64,000 bases of DNA from Prevotella sp. (GTDB taxonomy: Bacteria > Bacteroidota > Bacteroidia > Bacteroidales > Bacteroidaceae), in NCBI GenBank assembly GCA_017445845.1, contig JAFSRY010000036.1:18626-82625 (forward strand), written 5' to 3'. This document shows, piece by piece, positions 60,062 through 64,000 of the stretch. The notes under the pieces are model-generated. The model searched no databases. It was not told where the DNA came from and saw only the letters and a list, made by a program, of their open reading frames with translations. The stretch's first letter is position 1. The number at the start of each line of letters is the position of its first letter. The position numbers and the translations under genes were made by a program.

Positions 60062-61362
60062 AAGAGAGAAATTTCACAGGAAGGAGAATGAGCCCCATGA
60101 GCCCCATGGGTCTCATGAGTCTCATGAGTCGCATGAGTCCCATGAGTCTCATGAGTCCCATGAGTCTTATTCTCTTCCTGCTCATCATACCCCTGCTGGC
60201 GGCCTGCTCCGGCAGCACCCCCGTGGAGCCTATGCCCACCGAGGAACAGAAGCCCATCAGCTTCTGCGGCACCATGCTGGATGAGGAGTCTATGACACCT
60301 CATGCACAGGCAGCCCCCGCCACACGTGTCGCACAAGGACTGGAAGAGGTGCTGACTGACAAGACCTTCCAGGTATGGGGCTACAAGAATGACGGCTACG
60401 AGGCCCCCAGCTACACCAGCTACCAGGTCGTGATGCCCGGCTTCACCGTCAACTGGGGAGCCAATACCGCCCACACCACCACGTCCAACACCGACGAATG
60501 GGAGTATGTGGGACAAGGTCCCGACCAGACCATCAAATACTGGGACTGGAGTGCCAAGGCCTACCGCTTCTTCGGTGCCACCAACTATGGGGGCGATGAG
60601 CCCCATGAGCCCCATGAGGCCAATAAGACCTATGGGGCCTATGGGCCTCATGAGCCCTATGAGACCTACACTCTCTCCGCGAGCGTCTCTGCCGATAACG
60701 TCGATGCGGCACCCTATTTCTCACGCCTCTGGTTCAGCGACGGCAACGCCGCCATCTACCCCACGCGTCAGTTCGGGTACCCCGTACAACTTGAATTCCT
60801 GAAACCCTTCGCACGCGTGCGATTCCTATTTACTTTTGTTGAAGGCCTCTCCTTTGACCGTGAATCCCTGAATAACATCAGGTTCTACCCCACGCCACCC
60901 GCCGGAGGAACTCCGCCCACCATCGCTACGGCCGGAACGGTTGCCGTCAGTTATCCCCTGAAGGGCACCGACACCGACGAGTCGTGGACCATCACACCCG
61001 GCTCCAGCACCTCCGATCATATCGACGCCTTCACCATCGACTACTATGAGACACCCGTACCCGTGCCCGCCGGATTCCCCGTAGATGCCCAGCCTACCAG
61101 CTGGCCCAACACGCCCGAACACTGGTACGTCGTGATTCCCGCACCAAGCCAGGGAAGTTACACCGCGGAAGTGGCTGTAGGCACAAACGAAATCAAAAGC
61201 GTCGTCATCCCCGCAGAATACATGAGCTGGAAAGCCGGCTACGAATATACCTATAAGTTCAAGATCACGGAAGGTGGCGGACTCAGTTTCGACATCATAC
61301 AGTCCGGCATCAATAATTGGACCAGCAGAGGAGCCAGCGACCATGAATTCTACAATTGGTAG
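60058..61362 (+). CDS. Fimbrillin-family lipoprotein
   Basis: Lipobox LAAC, ATRV, WEYVG...QTIKYWD, W.AGYEYTYKFKI. Confidence 0.8.
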   Translation: MKERNFTGRRMSPMSPMGLMSLMSRMSPMSLMSPMSLILFLLIIPLLAACSGSTPVEPMPTEEQKPISFCGTMLDEESMTPHAQAAPATRVAQGLEEVLTDKTFQVWGYKNDGYEAPSYTSYQVVMPGFTVNWGANTAHTTTSNTDEWEYVGQGPDQTIKYWDWSAKAYRFFGATNYGGDEPHEPHEANKTYGAYGPHEPYETYTLSASVSADNVDAAPYFSRLWFSDGNAAIYPTRQFGYPVQLEFLKPFARVRFLFTFVEGLSFDRESLNNIRFYPTPPAGGTPPTIATAGTVAVSYPLKGTDTDESWTITPGSSTSDHIDAFTIDYYETPVPVPAGFPVDAQPTSWPNTPEHWYVVIPAPSQGSYTAEVAVGTNEIKSVVIPAEYMSWKAGYEYTYKFKITEGGGLSFDIIQSGINNWTSRGASDHEFYNW

Positions 61363-61404
61363 GGACATGAGGGAAGGCTCACATACACAGAACAGTAACA
61401 TAGA

Positions 61405-62610
61405 ATGAAGATAAGATACGATATACTCCCCCTGCTGGCAGCAACGTGGCTGATGGTTTCCTGCAGCAGCGACGTTCCCGAGGACGAGTCCGCCGGGCAG
61501 TCCACGCCGCTGCATCTCATGCCGGCCATCTCCTCGCTGCTCGAGGTGTCGCCGTGGAGCGCGGCGCGGGGCGCCGGTGACGCTCCGGTGTCGTGGGGCA
61601 CGCGTGCCTCCTACGAGACAACGAAGCTCCCGACGGGCTATGTCGCTTTCCAGGCCCTGCACCCCGATGCCAATGCGTCCCTCACCACCATCGGCGCCTT
61701 CCTGACGCCCGATGCGGCGAACGCGGTGTGCAGCTTCGCTTATCAGAGCGACAACGACTGGTCCTCAACCGTACCCCTCACCGAAGGCCAGAAATACTAC
61801 ATCTACGGCTTCATGCCCCACTATGCGGGTGACGGCGCCACCATCACCTCGCTCAACGGCACCGGTGGCAGCGACTACGCCAACGGAGCCGTCATCACCA
61901 TTCCCGACTTCAGCACCATCACCACCGCCGACGTATGTGCCGTGGCGGGCGTGCGCAAAGGGGGCGGCGACGAACGCATCACCGCCCTGAAGGATAACCT
62001 GGTGCTGGGGCAGTTTGACTATCTGGTTGCTGCCGAGGGTGAGAACACCATCTTCGTGCTGCTGCGCCACCTCTATGCCAGCCTGCGCTTCCGCCTGAAC
62101 ATCGACCGCGAATACCACCGGCTGCGCTCCATCTACGTCACCAAGATTGAGCTGGAGGCCATGGACATCCCCGGCAGCGGCACGCTGACCATCACCCTCA
62201 ACGCCAATGACGACGGCGACGACCCCGTGACCTCCACCTTCACACCCGGCGGCGGAGCGCCGCAGGACCTCAGCATCACCCTCTACGATGCCCACCCGAC
62301 CGAGGGCGACTACACGCCCGACAACAAACCCGGCATGGACCTCCCCGAACTGACTCCCGAGGACTTCCTCGGATGCTTCGCACCGGGACAGTGCTCCAGC
62401 TTCCGTTTCAAGAGCACCTATGATGTCTACGACCGCAAGGGCAACCTCATCCGCCAGCAATGCACTGCCGAGAACACCTTCTCCATCCCCACCATCAGTG
62501 GGATGACGGCCGGCGATGTCTACACCCTTCACATCACCGTCAAGCCCACCTTCCTCTATGTCCTCTCCGACCCCGACCTGGACAATCCGACCTTCGAAAT
62601 TAATGAATAA
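61405..62610 (+). CDS. Fimbrillin-like lipoprotein
   Basis: Lipobox VSC, TRA, C-terminal P.FLYVLSDPDLDNP. Confidence 0.75.
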   Translation: MKIRYDILPLLAATWLMVSCSSDVPEDESAGQSTPLHLMPAISSLLEVSPWSAARGAGDAPVSWGTRASYETTKLPTGYVAFQALHPDANASLTTIGAFLTPDAANAVCSFAYQSDNDWSSTVPLTEGQKYYIYGFMPHYAGDGATITSLNGTGGSDYANGAVITIPDFSTITTADVCAVAGVRKGGGDERITALKDNLVLGQFDYLVAAEGENTIFVLLRHLYASLRFRLNIDREYHRLRSIYVTKIELEAMDIPGSGTLTITLNANDDGDDPVTSTFTPGGGAPQDLSITLYDAHPTEGDYTPDNKPGMDLPELTPEDFLGCFAPGQCSSFRFKSTYDVYDRKGNLIRQQCTAENTFSIPTISGMTAGDVYTLHITVKPTFLYVLSDPDLDNPTFEINE

Positions 62611-62612
62611 CC

Positions 62613-64000
62613 ATGATAAAGAATAAAATCGATAATAATGCCTATGAGGCCCAGAGGCCCTATGGGTCCCATGAGTCCTATGAGTCCCATGAGTCTCATG
62701 AGTCCCATGAGCCCCATAAGTCCTATGAGTCCCATAAGCCCAATTGCTCCTTCCTCCTCGCACTCCTATTCCTCCTCCTTGCCCCCAGTGTCCATGCCCA
62801 GATCACCATCGGTGGCAACATCTACGGCGGCGGCAACGAAGGCAAGGTGACGGGCAACGGCAGCGTGACCATCGTCAACGGCACCTTCACCGGCGACATC
62901 TACGGCGGCGGCAACAGGGGCGACCTCGATGGCCAGACCACCGTGACGCTGCAGGGCGGCGACATGCAGGGCGCCGTCTTCGGCGGATCACGCATGGCCG
63001 ATGTCGGCAAGTCGACCCTCGTCAACATTGACGGGCAGAACCAGGCTCACGATATTCTGTGCTCATGGGTCTTCGGCGGCAACGACATCTCGGGAACCAT
63101 CGGTGCGGCACTGACTGCCGGAGACCCCGTGCGCATCGCCACACCGGAGGTCAGCGCCGTGAACAACACCTTCCAGACCTACACCTACGCCACCAAGGAG
63201 AAAGACGCCGACCATCACATCTATGTCGGACAGCTGTTCGGCGGCGGCAACGGGGCCTACACCTTCGAACAAATCACCAACACGGAGGATGCCAACTACG
63301 GCCAGTACAACGTCATCCGTACCAGCAGCGGACAGACCGTCACCACCATACCCGCCTCTATGCTCCCCTCAGGTGCCACCGCGCTGCCCAAGCCCGACGT
63401 GGCCAAGAGCTACGTGCAGGTCAACGGAGGCATCTACGGCTATGTCTTCAACGGAGGCAACAATGCCACCATCACCGAGACGGCGGCCATCAGCATCAAC
63501 AACTCGAGTGACATCACCTCGAAGTGTACGCTGCCTTCGGGCATCGAGTTCGACCTGGACGACTACACCCATCAGGAGAACATCAGCTCGGCCTCATTGG
63601 ACAACCTGGTGGACAAGCGTCTGCTGAATATGGGTCTGAACCTCTCCACCTTCGAGACCGGCAACCACTTCCTCCGCGTCTTCGGAGGCAACAACCAGGA
63701 GGATATGGCCATCATCCCGACTTGGAACCTGAAGAAGGGTAAGATACGTGACCTGTATAGCGGCGGCAACAAGGGCGACATGACCAGCCCCGTGGGTATC
63801 CTCCTGGAAATACCCAAGACCTCCGAGGTAGAGGTCACCAATGCCTATGGAGGCTGCCGCATGGCCGACGTGCATCCAAAAAATGCCAACGGCACCGATA
63901 TTACCAGCATCAACAACCACAACTTCAATGTGGTGATGAACGGCGGCGAGACGGACCACGAGAAATGGACCGTCACCTACGGCTTCCCCGACAATCTCTC
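62613..64000 (+). CDS. Large secreted protein with GGNIYGGGN beta-helix-like repeats (3' partial)
   Basis: Translated by hand: MIKNKIDNNAYE(SHE)n...FLLALLFLLLAPSVHA-QITIGGNIYGGGNEG..., apparently open to the window end and so absent from the ORF track. Confidence 0.8.
   Translation, partial: MIKNKIDNNAYEAQRPYGSHESYESHESHESHEPHKSYESHKPNCSFLLALLFLLLAPSVHAQITIGGNIYGGGNEGKVTGNGSVTIVNGTFTGDIYGGGNRGDLDGQTTVTLQGGDMQGAVFGGSRMADVGKSTLVNIDGQNQAHDILCSWVFGGNDISGTIGAALTAGDPVRIATPEVSAVNNTFQTYTYATKEKDADHHIYVGQLFGGGNGAYTFEQITNTEDANYGQYNVIRTSSGQTVTTIPASMLPSGATALPKPDVAKSYVQVNGGIYGYVFNGGNNATITETAAISINNSSDITSKCTLPSGIEFDLDDYTHQENISSASLDNLVDKRLLNMGLNLSTFETGNHFLRVFGGNNQEDMAIIPTWNLKKGKIRDLYSGGNKGDMTSPVGILLEIPKTSEVEVTNAYGGCRMADVHPKNANGTDITSINNHNFNVVMNGGETDHEKWTVTYGFPDNL

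Larger units (their letters stand above)
59340..62743. repeat. Four arrays of a 9-bp repeat (consensus CCCATGAGT) inside coding regions
   Basis: Arrays at about 59340-59386, 60088-60166, 60586-60668 and 62640-62743. Confidence 0.9.

Noticed and set aside
8988-62763. Many long antisense ORFs (e.g. 8988..9878, 30162..31082, 46323..47225, 61765..62763)
   Set aside because: They overlap well-supported genes on the opposite strand, as expected from GC3-biased codon usage, and carry no recognisable motifs.
62638-63959. Short listed ORFs implying a frameshifted adhesin
   Set aside because: The frame starting at ATG 62613 reads through the repeats, signal peptide and GGN repeats; the listed ORFs are off-frame or antisense shadows.
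55197-64000. Diversity-generating retroelement acting on pilins
   Set aside because: An Avd-like fold is present, but no RT and no adenine-specific TR/VR pair is visible in the window. One could lie beyond the right edge.

Overview
Bacteroidales chromosome segment, most likely Prevotella-like (Bacteroidota TAnnTTTG promoters, SusC/SusD, 'YNLQGQR' C-terminal sorting tails). In order it holds: a partial secreted metallophosphoesterase-like gene; ligA; a fructan/levan PUL (fructokinase, MFS permease, two GH32, three DUF4960-like proteins, SusD, SusC, and a hybrid two-component regulator that lacks its ATPase domain); a cobalamin riboswitch with btuB-btuG-btuF; pheS, murB and an MBL hydrolase; an AT-rich island; a GH29 fucosidase; thrS; two AraC regulators; and a type V fimbrial (Mfa-like) cluster. 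The island carries a type III-A CRISPR-Cas locus: cas6, HD-less cas10, csm2-5, csx1, a putative ring nuclease, a TM-CARF effector, a deleted RT-cas1/cas2 module and a 7-repeat array. Three observations stand out. (1) The six younger CRISPR spacers each look like an AT-rich 5'UTR plus ATG (five clearly, one ambiguously), so the crRNAs would be antisense to translation-initiation regions. (2) A tRNA-minihelix-like hairpin (12 bp + TTCGACT loop, one copy followed by ACCA) follows each of two fimbrillin genes. (3) A 9-bp tandem repeat is inserted in frame at four sites in three genes in and near a four-helix-bundle (Avd/IVP-like) gene. All family calls come from motif recognition by eye; no database searches were run.
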